Source: Treponemataceae bacterium (GTDB lineage Bacteria; Spirochaetota; Spirochaetia; Treponematales; Rectinemataceae). Taken from it: DNA of 64,000 bases. Numbering within the stretch: position 1 is the stretch's first letter; each line of letters opens with the position of its first letter. The stretch lies in NCBI GenBank assembly GCA_963667725.2, contig CAXXHO010000003.1, positions 960,001-1,024,000 on the forward strand. Direction: 5' to 3'. Shown here one piece after another: positions 27,301-36,294 of this stretch. The notes beneath the pieces were generated by a model that worked only from the letters and a program-made list of their open reading frames with translations, was not told where the DNA came from and did not search any database. The translations under genes were made by a program, and so were the position numbers.

Positions 27301-30300
27301 AAAGAGTTCATGGGCGGCTTTCGGAATGGAAGGAGCGCTCGATGTCGATGGCACGAAGATCCTCCTGACAGGTTCCGGATCGGGCGATGAAAGCTGGTAT
27401 GAAATACGCGGTCTTGAAGCGGAGGTTGCCGGGGAGACGGTCAGCATCAACGGAAAAGGCGAGTTTGGAGCCCTGACAAAGTTCGCCGGGAACCTCGGTT
27501 ACCGAGGAGTGAACTACAGGCTGGAGGGAACCTATTCAAAAGGCCTGGCGACCCTAAAGGGCGAATACGGGCTCGATGCCGAAGTTGTGATCGGTAAAGA
27601 TGGAACGCTGAAGGGCAGCCTGAAAGCCCGCGCCTTCCCCTTGGCTCTGGATGAGGGCCGTATGTATGGTGACCTGTCGCTGCGGGGATTCTATGGGGCG
27701 GACAAGGCTTGGCGGCTGGAAGGCGACGAGATTGCCCTGCGTTATGAGGGGAATGGAGCATTTCCGGCCCTCTGGATGAATGGGCTGAAAGTCAGCGGCG
27801 GCGTGGTGGACGTGGCTGCCCTGACGCTGAGGGGGGAGGGCTACGGGCTCTCTGGAAGCCTTAGCGGAAGTTTTGGGGCAAAGGGTATTGAAGGCCGCGG
27901 TCATTTTATCGGCGAAGGTTCCTTGGGCAGCGGGCTGGCTCAGTACAATCTGGATCTGGGGTATGGGGAAGGTCAAGGCAGGCTGAAAATCGGCCTGAGC
28001 GGCTATGATCTGGGAATTGTCGGCCTCAAGGGCTTCCGGGCTCATGCTTCGCTGGAAGGATCGGGAGAGCTGTCGCCAGAAGAACTGCTTCGCGGAGAGT
28101 TGGGAAAGCTGGATGGCTGGGTGCTGAGAGGAAAAGCCGGGCTCGAAGGCGATGCCTTGACGTTGAACGATCAGGACATCGAGATAAGTAAGGCCGCCGA
28201 CCTTCTTTCATTGAAGGTGGGAAACGGCAAGGGATTCGAAGGGCTGCTGCGGTACAGCCTGGACGGGAAAGAGCTTGAGGGCCAAGTATTGCTTGCCGCG
28301 TACAGACCCGAGGGCGATATCGCGACGCGGATCCCTCTGCTGCGGGATCTTTCCGGGCTTCTGTTCGAGGGGGGAGCCGCCCTTTCCTATGGCGAAAGCG
28401 GATTATCCTATGAAGGCCAGATCCTGGCCCTCGGGGAAGCCAGTCGGCTGGTGGGCGGCGTATCGACGGATGGCGCGAGGTTTGAGGCTGCCGGAAAAGG
28501 GGATGGGATCGGGCTCGCCAAAGTGGCCTTACGAGGCGTTCTAGGGACCTATGAGCTCAGCTACGATGGTTTGTTACGCTATGAGGGATTGAAAGTCGCC
28601 GGCGGCCTGTCCTTCTCGGCAGGGGCCGATATCGTTCAGGGGAATCTGAAGGGCGAGAAGGGCATATACGAGCTTACGATCGGGCAAGCTTCGATAATGG
28701 GCATCGGAATCAGGGGCTTGGCGGCTGGGCTTGAGAGAAAAGCCGATAGCTACGGTCTCACCTTGAGCGGGGAACTGGAAAAGGACGGCGAGACGGTACG
28801 GGTCAAGGCGACGGGTGAATACGGAACGGATCTGAAGTTCGCCGCGGAGCTTGGCTATCGAGGCGTCGCCTACGGCCTGGATGGAACCTTTGAAAACGGT
28901 CAGTTGACCATGAAGGGCGGATACGGCCTCGTAGGCAAGCTGGTCATCGGCGAAGGAAAGGCGATAGAGGGAAGCCTGAGCGCCAGGGATTTGCCGCTGG
29001 CTGTGGACGGCGGCATGGTGTATGGAAATCTGTCGCTCAGGGGCGCCTACGGGAAGGATAGATCCTGGTGGGTGGAAGGCGATGAAGTCGGCCTCCGTTA
29101 CGAGGGAAAGGAAAAATATCCGATCCTCGGAATGAAGGGTTTGAGAATCGGCGGCGGAAGGGCGGAGGTGGACTCCCTCACGCTGGAGGGAGAGGGCTAT
29201 GGTCTCTCCGGAAGCCTGAAGGGGAGCTACGGTGGGGAAGGAACCGAGGCTTTTGAGGGCAGCGGCATCTTCATCGGTGAAAAAGCCCTGGGCGGCGGCT
29301 CGGCCATATATGAGCTTAGCTTCGGCTATGGCGAAGGCCGCGGCAGAATTCGGCTTGGCGTCGATGGCTACGATCTGGGTTTCGCGGGGCTGAAGGGATA
29401 CAGGGCGAATGCCTCTCTCGCCGGATCCGGCGACCTCTCTTGGGCGGAACTCGTCAAGGGCGAGCTTGGGAAGCTGGACACATGGGTGATGAGGGGCAAA
29501 GCAGGGCTCTTCGGCGATGCCATGACGCTCTCCGAACAGGGATTGGAGCTGCGCAAAATCGGCGATCTGCTCACCCTGAGCGTCGGAAACAAGAATGGAT
29601 TTGAGGGAGCGGTGAGTTATGCCCTCGGTGCGAAATCAGCAGGCGGCGAAATCCTCCTGGATGGATATTCGCCCGAAAAAGATCTCATCGGTCTGGATGG
29701 GATCCTGAAAGATCTCCTTGGCCTGAAGTATGGCGGCAAGGCGGTATTCGCCTATGGCGAGAGCGGCCTGACCTACGCTGGCGACATTGTCGTGCAGGGG
29801 GAAGCCGGCCGCAAAATAGGCGGACAGTCCGTGGAAGGCATGCTCATGGAGGTTATCGGAAAGGGAGACTTGACCGGCCTTGGCGAGCTGACGCTGAAGG
29901 GTTCTTTCGAAGGATATACACTTGGCTACGGGGGATCGCTTTCCTATGAGGGTATGAAAGTTGCGGGCGCTCTATCTCTGTCGAAGGGGGAGGAAGCCGT
30001 TCTTGGATTTGTGAAGGGAGAAAAAGGAGCGTATGAGCTCTCGGTGGGAGATGGCACGCTGGGGGGCATCAGGCTTCAGGGCTTGCTGGCCGCGGTTGAG
30101 GAAAAGGAAGAGCGTTACGATATAAGATTGAACGGGGAGCTTGCGGGAGGGAAGATCGAGGCTGAAGGCTCTTTATTGAAAGGGAAGAAAGGCTACGAAG
30201 GGCGCATGAGTCTTCAGGATACCGAAATCATGGGCCTGCTGCGTCTCGCTGAGGTTTTTGGGCTCAAGGTTCCCGAAGTCGGGCTTAAAAAAGCTCTTGT

Positions 30301-33127
30301 CAGCGGAGGATTCAGCCTCAGCGGGGACTATGAGAAGGTAGCCTGGGCCGTCGGGAATTTGAGAGGGGATCTGGAGCTCGATAGCGGCAAGGTCGTTGTA
30401 AAAGGCTCCGGGATAGGGGACGGAAGTAAGTTTGAGATCAAGGATCTGATTCTCGAGACGGGAGCGGAAAATATCAGCGTGAAAGGCTCAGGCGAATATG
30501 GCGCCGGCATAAAGTTCGCCGGAGACGTCGGATTCCGGGGGATGAATTATGGGGTGGAAGGAGCCTATGAAAATGGCCTGGTAAAGCTTAAAGGCGATTA
30601 TGGGCTCGAGGGGGAGGCGCAGATAGGCGACGACGGCACGTACAAGGGCAGCCTTAAGGCCAAGGGCTTCCCGTTGACGATGTCTGACGGCCTGGTCTAT
30701 GGAGATCTTTCGCTTCGCGGCACCTTTGGCGCCGACAAAGTCTGGCGGATCGACGGAGACGATATCGGTCTACGCTATGAATATGAAGGCGAGTATGAGT
30801 ATCCGACGCTTGGCATGAAAGGAGTAAAGATCAGCGAAGGCAGGCTGGATGTCGGCACGCTGACGGTTACGGGAAAGGACTATGGACTTTCAGGGTATCT
30901 GAACATCGGGTATAAAAACTTGCTGACGAAACCCGCTATCGCTTTGGATGGATCGCTGAGAAACTCGAAGAACGTCGTTGAGACCTACAATGTAAGCGCG
31001 ACGTATGTCGATGGAATCGTCGACGCGAAAATCGGCATCGCGGGCTTCCCGCTTGAGCGATATGTCAAAAAAGACATAAAGGGCGCGATAGAGGGAACCA
31101 TCAGCATTCTGGGACCATTAGATCAGGCGGCGCTGAAGCTGGATCAGCTGGACTTGAAAATCCTTCCTCCCGCCAAACTGGACGTCAAGCTGATCGGGGG
31201 AGAATATAGGAACATTCCCATCAAGATGACGGCTTCCGGATCGCTTGAAAAAGGACTTCTCAAGATTGTTTCGCCCAAGATTGATTACCTGAATCACCAG
31301 GCGGAAAACATAAGCGCGGCGATATTGCCGGCGGAAGGCAGGATAAATCTCAGCTTTGACTACAGGACGGTGCTGGGGAGCGAACGTCTGGAGACCAGCG
31401 TCGTCGCCGAGGCTCGAATACACGGCGCATCAGCCGACGCATCCGCTAACGCGAGCGCGGAAGACAAGGGTTTTTCCGCCGAATTCTCCGGAAAGCTATT
31501 AAATGCCAAATATCGTGAAACTTTAGTGGATCGCTGGGAGTTTTCTGGTACATACGGGAACGGAAATCTTTCCTTTAACGGCGACAGGGGAGGGCTGATG
31601 GCGAACATTGGCGCCGATGGAGCCTTCGACGTAGTGATGAAGGATAGATTTCCCGTTTCCGCAACCATAAAGGGGACCATGTCGAGCAATATCGTGACAG
31701 CATCCATGGAAAATCTCGAGATCGATCTGAAGAAATTCAGTTCGGTTCTGCCGACGGGGAAAATCTCCTTGCTCGATGGAGTCCTGACAGGCGACCTTAT
31801 GCTCAAAGGTCCGCTCTCCGACCCGGAGATAAACGGCGCGCTCACCCTGAAAAAAGCCAAGATTCTGTCCAGGGAATTGGTGCTGGGCGAGCTGGGTCCA
31901 TTCTCCACGACACTCAACTTTACCGGCAAGAATATCGAAATGGCTCCAGCGACGGTGCCTCTTGAAAAGGGAGTCGTGGAGGTCTCGGCGTCGGGCCTTC
32001 TGGATCAGTGGGCTCTGACCGACCTCAAGTTCAATGTCGTGTCGCAGAAAGACAGCGTGGTCAACGTGTCGACCAAGATCGCCGGCATAACGGTCGTGGA
32101 TGCCAAGGCGCAGGTGGACATGGTCCTTTCGATAGAAAACGATGTCCTCGTCGCCGAAGGCTCCGTGTATCTCGAGAGGGGACAGGTCATGATCGATCCG
32201 CAGGGATTCCAGCCGGAAAACGCCGCCCCCGTCGATCCCGACGCCCTGGCCTTCAGGATCAAGGCGGCGATGACCTTCGGCAAGCAGCTCGAAGTTTACC
32301 TTCCCGACAACAAGATTCCTCTCGTCCGAGGCTATACGTCTCCAGGCAGCTATCTGACGCTTCAATACGACTCCGCCTCCCAGGATTTCTCCCTGGACGG
32401 AAAAATCGACCTCAGGACGGGGTATGTGCTCTATTATCTGAGAAGCTTCTTCCTCAAGAGCGGAAGCATCTATTTCTCCGAAAACAGCACGAAATTCAAC
32501 CCCCTCATCACGGTCGCCGCGGAATTGAGGGAGTCGAACGCCCTCGGAACCGTCAAGATCATGCTGAACGCCGAAAATTCGCCTCTGGAGCATTTGAATC
32601 CCACCCTCAGTTCGGTGCCCTTCTACAGCGAAACCCAGCTGATCGCGATGATGTCGGGCGGGGTCCTGGCCGCTGACACTTCGGAAACGCTCAATATCAG
32701 GGAAGCCGCGATAGCCTCCTCGGAATTCATACCCCAGTTCAATATTTTTAAGTCGTTCGAAAGGAAAGTGCAGACCGCGTTGGGCCTGGATATCGTGTTC
32801 ATACGTTCGTCCTTCATGCAGCGCTGGCTTCTCGACCTTACGAAGCCGGCCACCGAGGCGAATCCCGAGGATCCTCTGGCGCGCTATCTGGATCAGAGCG
32901 AGCTCTATGTCGGGAAATACATAACCGATTCGGCCTTCCTTCATGCCGGCCTGAAGTTCCGCGAGGACCCCCTTGTGAGTTCGTCTCGTTTACGTCTAGA
33001 CTCCGAATTCGGCATCGAACTGGATTCGCCGATGGGTCTTATCAATTGGAGCATCACGCCTTCCATAGACGAAGGCTCTCTCGTCACCGGGCAGGAATTG
33101 AGCCTGAGCTGGCGATATGTGTATTAG
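24392..33127 (+). CDS. tamB: Giant TamB/AsmA-like translocation-and-assembly-module protein (2911 aa) with four internal repeats
   Basis: N-terminal TM anchor and alternating beta-strand pattern. C-terminal TamB-like region (GPLSDPEINGAL, G-x-IYF...FNPLI, LSSVPFYSE, YVGKYITD, final W-x-Y-x-Y). Lies immediately upstream of bamA, as in other spirochaetes. Confidence 0.8.
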   Translation: MARKSAKLAWAVIIAVLVAGILAVYTVPRVRKYADRRIETVISSLQDTVFSITGLRLGYGYAALSSSSRVSIHDIELFQETADDYSVLRRKVISAGDLELRIDLWAAIFGKPADIIREIRVSAISIDLEFPDDFSIYNNISKYLADQPAGEMPRLSIDLSDISIGIRDGERGKYGASISSLQVSTISGLLELVAPSAIVFASVPAAEAQEVFLQVTMARVSMPSDSSGLTASLGLSARYGTMTLAEQKIAIAKSGEKFELKLGNGNGLEGVLRYTPGQEALDGEIRLKEYRPEADLSGFDAVLKDLFGLKYQGEVLFSYGKDGLSYEGRLQAAGEAGKRVGGLSAEGAELEAVGKGNAEGLEELRLRGRAGDYTLAYEGPLDYQGLKIIGAVSLSAGDETVRGELKGENGSYALSVGDAVLKGFKISDLMAGVEKRGDIYSLRLKGELEKDGQSVSLDGTGKYGTELSFKIKLAYQDRSYLLEGTYGKGLVSLNGGYGLSGEVRFLDEGAFSGSIKAQGLPLAVDGGVLYLDLSLRGNYAANGIWKVEGDEVRVRYEGKGEIPAIGLKGLKLDAGKLSVKTLSLQGNGYGLSGGLRGSYGEKALEGSASLVGEGMLGGGTARYELSLGYGEGSGKLKLQVDGYDLGLIGVDGYRAKALLEGSGELSLEELLRGEYGRLDGWVLKGKAGLAGSAGLASSAVSISDQRLELSKAGKELSLKIGNGRGFDAILRYALGEESVTGAVTLKGYKPEGDVLGLAGALKELLALRYDGGASFAYDKSGLRYEGDVFVKGETGQKVSGLPVAGASVELAGKGNERGFGEIAVKGILGDYRIGYEGSFGYEGLAAAGEISLSKDGEALRGTVKGERGTYDVTVGAGLLGGVELKNLTAGIKSEADRYGLRLKTEIGAGRVEGDGFILKGNSDYEWRMNLQDLDMLGILSVARGFGVQLSADGIGQASLSGSLSIKGDKGKSSWAAFGMEGALDVDGTKILLTGSGSGDESWYEIRGLEAEVAGETVSINGKGEFGALTKFAGNLGYRGVNYRLEGTYSKGLATLKGEYGLDAEVVIGKDGTLKGSLKARAFPLALDEGRMYGDLSLRGFYGADKAWRLEGDEIALRYEGNGAFPALWMNGLKVSGGVVDVAALTLRGEGYGLSGSLSGSFGAKGIEGRGHFIGEGSLGSGLAQYNLDLGYGEGQGRLKIGLSGYDLGIVGLKGFRAHASLEGSGELSPEELLRGELGKLDGWVLRGKAGLEGDALTLNDQDIEISKAADLLSLKVGNGKGFEGLLRYSLDGKELEGQVLLAAYRPEGDIATRIPLLRDLSGLLFEGGAALSYGESGLSYEGQILALGEASRLVGGVSTDGARFEAAGKGDGIGLAKVALRGVLGTYELSYDGLLRYEGLKVAGGLSFSAGADIVQGNLKGEKGIYELTIGQASIMGIGIRGLAAGLERKADSYGLTLSGELEKDGETVRVKATGEYGTDLKFAAELGYRGVAYGLDGTFENGQLTMKGGYGLVGKLVIGEGKAIEGSLSARDLPLAVDGGMVYGNLSLRGAYGKDRSWWVEGDEVGLRYEGKEKYPILGMKGLRIGGGRAEVDSLTLEGEGYGLSGSLKGSYGGEGTEAFEGSGIFIGEKALGGGSAIYELSFGYGEGRGRIRLGVDGYDLGFAGLKGYRANASLAGSGDLSWAELVKGELGKLDTWVMRGKAGLFGDAMTLSEQGLELRKIGDLLTLSVGNKNGFEGAVSYALGAKSAGGEILLDGYSPEKDLIGLDGILKDLLGLKYGGKAVFAYGESGLTYAGDIVVQGEAGRKIGGQSVEGMLMEVIGKGDLTGLGELTLKGSFEGYTLGYGGSLSYEGMKVAGALSLSKGEEAVLGFVKGEKGAYELSVGDGTLGGIRLQGLLAAVEEKEERYDIRLNGELAGGKIEAEGSLLKGKKGYEGRMSLQDTEIMGLLRLAEVFGLKVPEVGLKKALVSGGFSLSGDYEKVAWAVGNLRGDLELDSGKVVVKGSGIGDGSKFEIKDLILETGAENISVKGSGEYGAGIKFAGDVGFRGMNYGVEGAYENGLVKLKGDYGLEGEAQIGDDGTYKGSLKAKGFPLTMSDGLVYGDLSLRGTFGADKVWRIDGDDIGLRYEYEGEYEYPTLGMKGVKISEGRLDVGTLTVTGKDYGLSGYLNIGYKNLLTKPAIALDGSLRNSKNVVETYNVSATYVDGIVDAKIGIAGFPLERYVKKDIKGAIEGTISILGPLDQAALKLDQLDLKILPPAKLDVKLIGGEYRNIPIKMTASGSLEKGLLKIVSPKIDYLNHQAENISAAILPAEGRINLSFDYRTVLGSERLETSVVAEARIHGASADASANASAEDKGFSAEFSGKLLNAKYRETLVDRWEFSGTYGNGNLSFNGDRGGLMANIGADGAFDVVMKDRFPVSATIKGTMSSNIVTASMENLEIDLKKFSSVLPTGKISLLDGVLTGDLMLKGPLSDPEINGALTLKKAKILSRELVLGELGPFSTTLNFTGKNIEMAPATVPLEKGVVEVSASGLLDQWALTDLKFNVVSQKDSVVNVSTKIAGITVVDAKAQVDMVLSIENDVLVAEGSVYLERGQVMIDPQGFQPENAAPVDPDALAFRIKAAMTFGKQLEVYLPDNKIPLVRGYTSPGSYLTLQYDSASQDFSLDGKIDLRTGYVLYYLRSFFLKSGSIYFSENSTKFNPLITVAAELRESNALGTVKIMLNAENSPLEHLNPTLSSVPFYSETQLIAMMSGGVLAADTSETLNIREAAIASSEFIPQFNIFKSFERKVQTALGLDIVFIRSSFMQRWLLDLTKPATEANPEDPLARYLDQSELYVGKYITDSAFLHAGLKFREDPLVSSSRLRLDSEFGIELDSPMGLINWSITPSIDEGSLVTGQELSLSWRYVY
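25115..30910 (+). repeat. Four intragenic repeats in A-B-A-B order (~458, 556, 455 and ~463 aa, the last truncated)
   Basis: Units begin at 25115 (MTLAEQ), 26489 (VSISDQ), 28157 (LTLNDQ) and 29522 (MTLSEQ). Shared motifs: GN(G/K)xG, YxPExD, GLxY(E/A)G, (D/N)LSLRG, GD(E/D)xxxRYE and YGLSG. GYGEG and W-V-x-x-GKAGL occur in the first three units. Confidence 0.9.
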
Positions 33128-33146
33128 ATTACCTAAGGGAACATAC

Positions 33147-35657
33147 ATGAGAAAAACTTTGCTGGCTTTTGCCCTGATCCTGGCTTTCGGTATGGTGGGC
33201 GCGCAGGAATCCTCGGAAGAATGGTTCTGGGATAAGTCCATCCAGTCCGTGCAGTGGGACGGAATAAAGAAAGCGAACAGGAACGAACTGGACGCCCTCC
33301 TCCGCAATTACATAGGCAAGCCGTTCACGCCCGATCTTTGGCTTGAGATGCAGTCGAGGCTGTATGAACTCGAATGGTTCGAAACGATAGAACCCCTCGC
33401 CGTGCGGATCGAGGACTCGAAGGAACAGCTCATCCTTCGTTTCGTGGTAAAGGAAAAAGCCTCGGTACTCTCCGTGCGGGTGAGCGGCAACTCAGGGGTC
33501 AGATCCTCCGACATTCTGGGAGCGATCGGCACCAAATCCGGCGATATATACAATCCCGCAAAAGCCAACCTCGACGATGTGGCCATCAAGAAACTCTATA
33601 ACGAAAAGGGTTATCCGGACGCCCTTGTCACTCATGAAGCGACGGCTTCCTCTGATCCTTCCCTTATGATCCTGACCTTCAAGGCGGTCGAAGGCGTCCA
33701 AGTCTCCCTCCGAACGATCAAATTCACGGGCAACACTTCGATGTCAGCCAAGACGCTCAAAGGGCAGATGACGCTCAAGGAAGCGGCTCTTTTCCAGAGC
33801 GGAGCTTTCCAGGAAACGAAGCTTGAGGAGAGCAAGAAAGCAGTCATCGACTATTACCAGTCCAAGGGCTTTGTGGACGCCAAGATCATCGACGTATTCA
33901 AGGAATATGAAAAAGACGCCGCTACGGGCAAAAACTGGCTGATACTTACCTTGGCCCTCTCCGAAGGCAGACAGTGGAAATACGGCGGCATGGCTTTCGA
34001 GGGAAACAAGGTCTTCGCCGAGGACAAGCTGAAAGGCCTCGTCACCCTGAAGCAGGGCTCCGTCCTCAACTACAAGAAGCTCCAGCAGGAAAAACAGAAG
34101 ATTGACGATCTTTATTATGAATCGGGATACATCTTCAACCAGATCAATCTGGCGGAAACGAGGGACGAGAACGCCGGTACCATCCTGTTCACGATAACCG
34201 TGACCGAACGCGACAGGGCTCACATCGAAAACCTGAGCTTCAAGGGCAACGAGAAGACCAAGGAATTCGTCCTGGCCAGGGAAGTGCCGCTGGAGGCGGG
34301 GGATATTTTCTCCAAGGCGAAAATTATCGACGGCCTTCGGAATCTGTATAATCTTCAGTATTTCTCCGCGGTGGAGCCTGAAATCCATCAGGGAAGCGCC
34401 GAAAACCTGATGGACCTTGTCGTCAACGTCGAGGAGATGAGCACGGCTGAAATCCAGTTCGGCGTCACGCTGAGCGGCCTGGGCCAGAGCGACTCCTTCC
34501 CCCTCTCCGGCTACGTCAAATGGAATGACAGGAACCTGGGCGGCAACGGCCAGAATCTCCAGGCCAATGTGACGCTCTCGCCGACGGAACAGTCGGTGGA
34601 AACCTCGTTCAGCGAAAGCTGGCTCTTCAATAAGAGAATCTCGCGCGGCCTGAGCCTTAAAGTGGGGCATAGCACCGAAACGACAGGTCAGGATATTCTC
34701 GGCCCCGTATTCACTGACCAGGATATCCCCGATCCTTTCGTGGCGATCGGCAGCGGCACCAACGAATGGAGCGGCTCCCTTTCCTCGGTCCCCGACCAGT
34801 ATCTCATGCCCTATGAAAACTGGGATTTCAGCCTTGGCTTCAATCTCGGCTACACCCTCAAGACGAGGGTTGGCGACATCGGCGCTACGGGCGGCCTGTC
34901 CTCAGGTCTGGGCATGATCAATTACGACGAGGATAAGTATAGGCCTTACGAAGCCGAGTTCCGCGAGACCAACCAGGACTGGCTCCTCACCAACAGGATC
35001 TATGGCCGCGCTTACCTGAACAATCTGGACTACTGGTACAATCCCTCCACGGGCTATTACGCCAGTCAGCGTATGACCGTCACCGGATTCCTTCCCTTCG
35101 AGCGACAGCACTATATAAAGTCAGAAACCCGCCTGGACGGCTATGCGACGCTTTTCTCCATTCCTCTCAGCGAAACCTGGAATTTTAAATGGGTTCTGAT
35201 GGCCCATTCCGGATTCCAGGCCCTCATGGCCGAGCCTTGGGCCGACTTCAGGGTCACGAAGGATTGGGTGAGTCTCGACGGAACCTTCAACGTGCGCGGT
35301 TGGGACGATCTCTACGGCTCGAAAGGCACGATGCTCTGGGAGAATTCCCTGGAGTTGAGAATGCCGGTGATAGACCAGATGCTCTGGATGGATCTTTTCG
35401 TGGACGCTGGCGCCATGAAGACGAGGAACGGCATGGTCGATATGACCTTGTCGACGCCTGCCGCCACCGGATCCAGCAGCCTTTCGTGGGAGAATTTCGC
35501 GTTCAGCACGGGGCTGGGATTCAGGTTTACCATTCCCCAGTTCCCCTTCAGATTTTATTTCGCGAAGCGCTTCACCTTCGACGGTTCGGATATAACCTGG
35601 AAGACCACGGGCACGGACTTCGATTTCGTGCTGAGCATAACGCAGCCGCTCTACTGA
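33147..35657 (+). CDS. bamA: Outer membrane protein assembly factor BamA
   Basis: Signal peptide and POTRA domains (YNEKGYPDA, YQSKGFVDA, YYESGYIF, GNEKTKEFVLARE). Also DRNLGGNGQ, VRGW and TGLGFRF. Confidence 0.93.
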   Translation: MRKTLLAFALILAFGMVGAQESSEEWFWDKSIQSVQWDGIKKANRNELDALLRNYIGKPFTPDLWLEMQSRLYELEWFETIEPLAVRIEDSKEQLILRFVVKEKASVLSVRVSGNSGVRSSDILGAIGTKSGDIYNPAKANLDDVAIKKLYNEKGYPDALVTHEATASSDPSLMILTFKAVEGVQVSLRTIKFTGNTSMSAKTLKGQMTLKEAALFQSGAFQETKLEESKKAVIDYYQSKGFVDAKIIDVFKEYEKDAATGKNWLILTLALSEGRQWKYGGMAFEGNKVFAEDKLKGLVTLKQGSVLNYKKLQQEKQKIDDLYYESGYIFNQINLAETRDENAGTILFTITVTERDRAHIENLSFKGNEKTKEFVLAREVPLEAGDIFSKAKIIDGLRNLYNLQYFSAVEPEIHQGSAENLMDLVVNVEEMSTAEIQFGVTLSGLGQSDSFPLSGYVKWNDRNLGGNGQNLQANVTLSPTEQSVETSFSESWLFNKRISRGLSLKVGHSTETTGQDILGPVFTDQDIPDPFVAIGSGTNEWSGSLSSVPDQYLMPYENWDFSLGFNLGYTLKTRVGDIGATGGLSSGLGMINYDEDKYRPYEAEFRETNQDWLLTNRIYGRAYLNNLDYWYNPSTGYYASQRMTVTGFLPFERQHYIKSETRLDGYATLFSIPLSETWNFKWVLMAHSGFQALMAEPWADFRVTKDWVSLDGTFNVRGWDDLYGSKGTMLWENSLELRMPVIDQMLWMDLFVDAGAMKTRNGMVDMTLSTPAATGSSSLSWENFAFSTGLGFRFTIPQFPFRFYFAKRFTFDGSDITWKTTGTDFDFVLSITQPLY

Positions 35658-35743
35658 TCGGGGACCGGCTGCCGCTAAGGACTGGCTGTCGCTTTGGGAC
35701 AGGCATCGCCGGGGTATCGGCGAGGATGCATGGAGGTAAGGAC

Positions 35744-36289
35744 ATGAATAAGATAGCGAAAGCGGGAACGATATGCGTGATTTTTCTCATATTGATGACG
35801 GCCCCTGTCGTGTCGCAGCAGATAACGCGCGTAGCCGTCGTAGACCTTTCTCGGGTCCTGTCGGCTTTTCCCGCTGACACCGCCGCCCTCAAGAACTTCG
35901 AGGCGAAAAAGGCGGAAATCCAGGCAGAAGTGGACAGGAGAGCGGCTGAAATCAAGAATCTGCAGAGTAAAAAGGCCGATTCCGATACCTTCGGCGACGG
36001 AGACCGCGCTTTCGACCTATCACGCGAGATCGAACAGAAAACGGAAGCTTTGAAGGAATATGTCAGCGCCAGGCAGAATGAGCTGGACCTTCTCGCCAAG
36101 GCGCTGAGCTCGAGCGCTTCATTCGTGCAGAAGCTCGGCTCGACGATCGCCAAAGTGGCCGAAGCCGAAGGGTATTCCCTGGTGCTGAATCTCAAGCCCC
36201 AGGATCAGAACGCGAGCGTGGTGTTGTGGAACAGCGCTTCCATCGATATCACCGACAAGGTCATACAGGCGATTCCCGCTTCTCGGTGA
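35744..36289 (+). CDS. skp: OmpH/Skp family periplasmic chaperone
   Basis: GGAGG Shine-Dalgarno and signal peptide. QQITRVAVVDLSRV, a coiled coil, VAEAEGYSLVL and DITDKVI. Confidence 0.88.
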   Translation: MNKIAKAGTICVIFLILMTAPVVSQQITRVAVVDLSRVLSAFPADTAALKNFEAKKAEIQAEVDRRAAEIKNLQSKKADSDTFGDGDRAFDLSREIEQKTEALKEYVSARQNELDLLAKALSSSASFVQKLGSTIAKVAEAEGYSLVLNLKPQDQNASVVLWNSASIDITDKVIQAIPASR

Positions 36290-36294
36290 AGCGC

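Noticed and set aside
25115..30910. Assembly duplication artefact in tamB
   Set aside because: The four units differ extensively at both nucleotide and protein level while keeping a single open frame.
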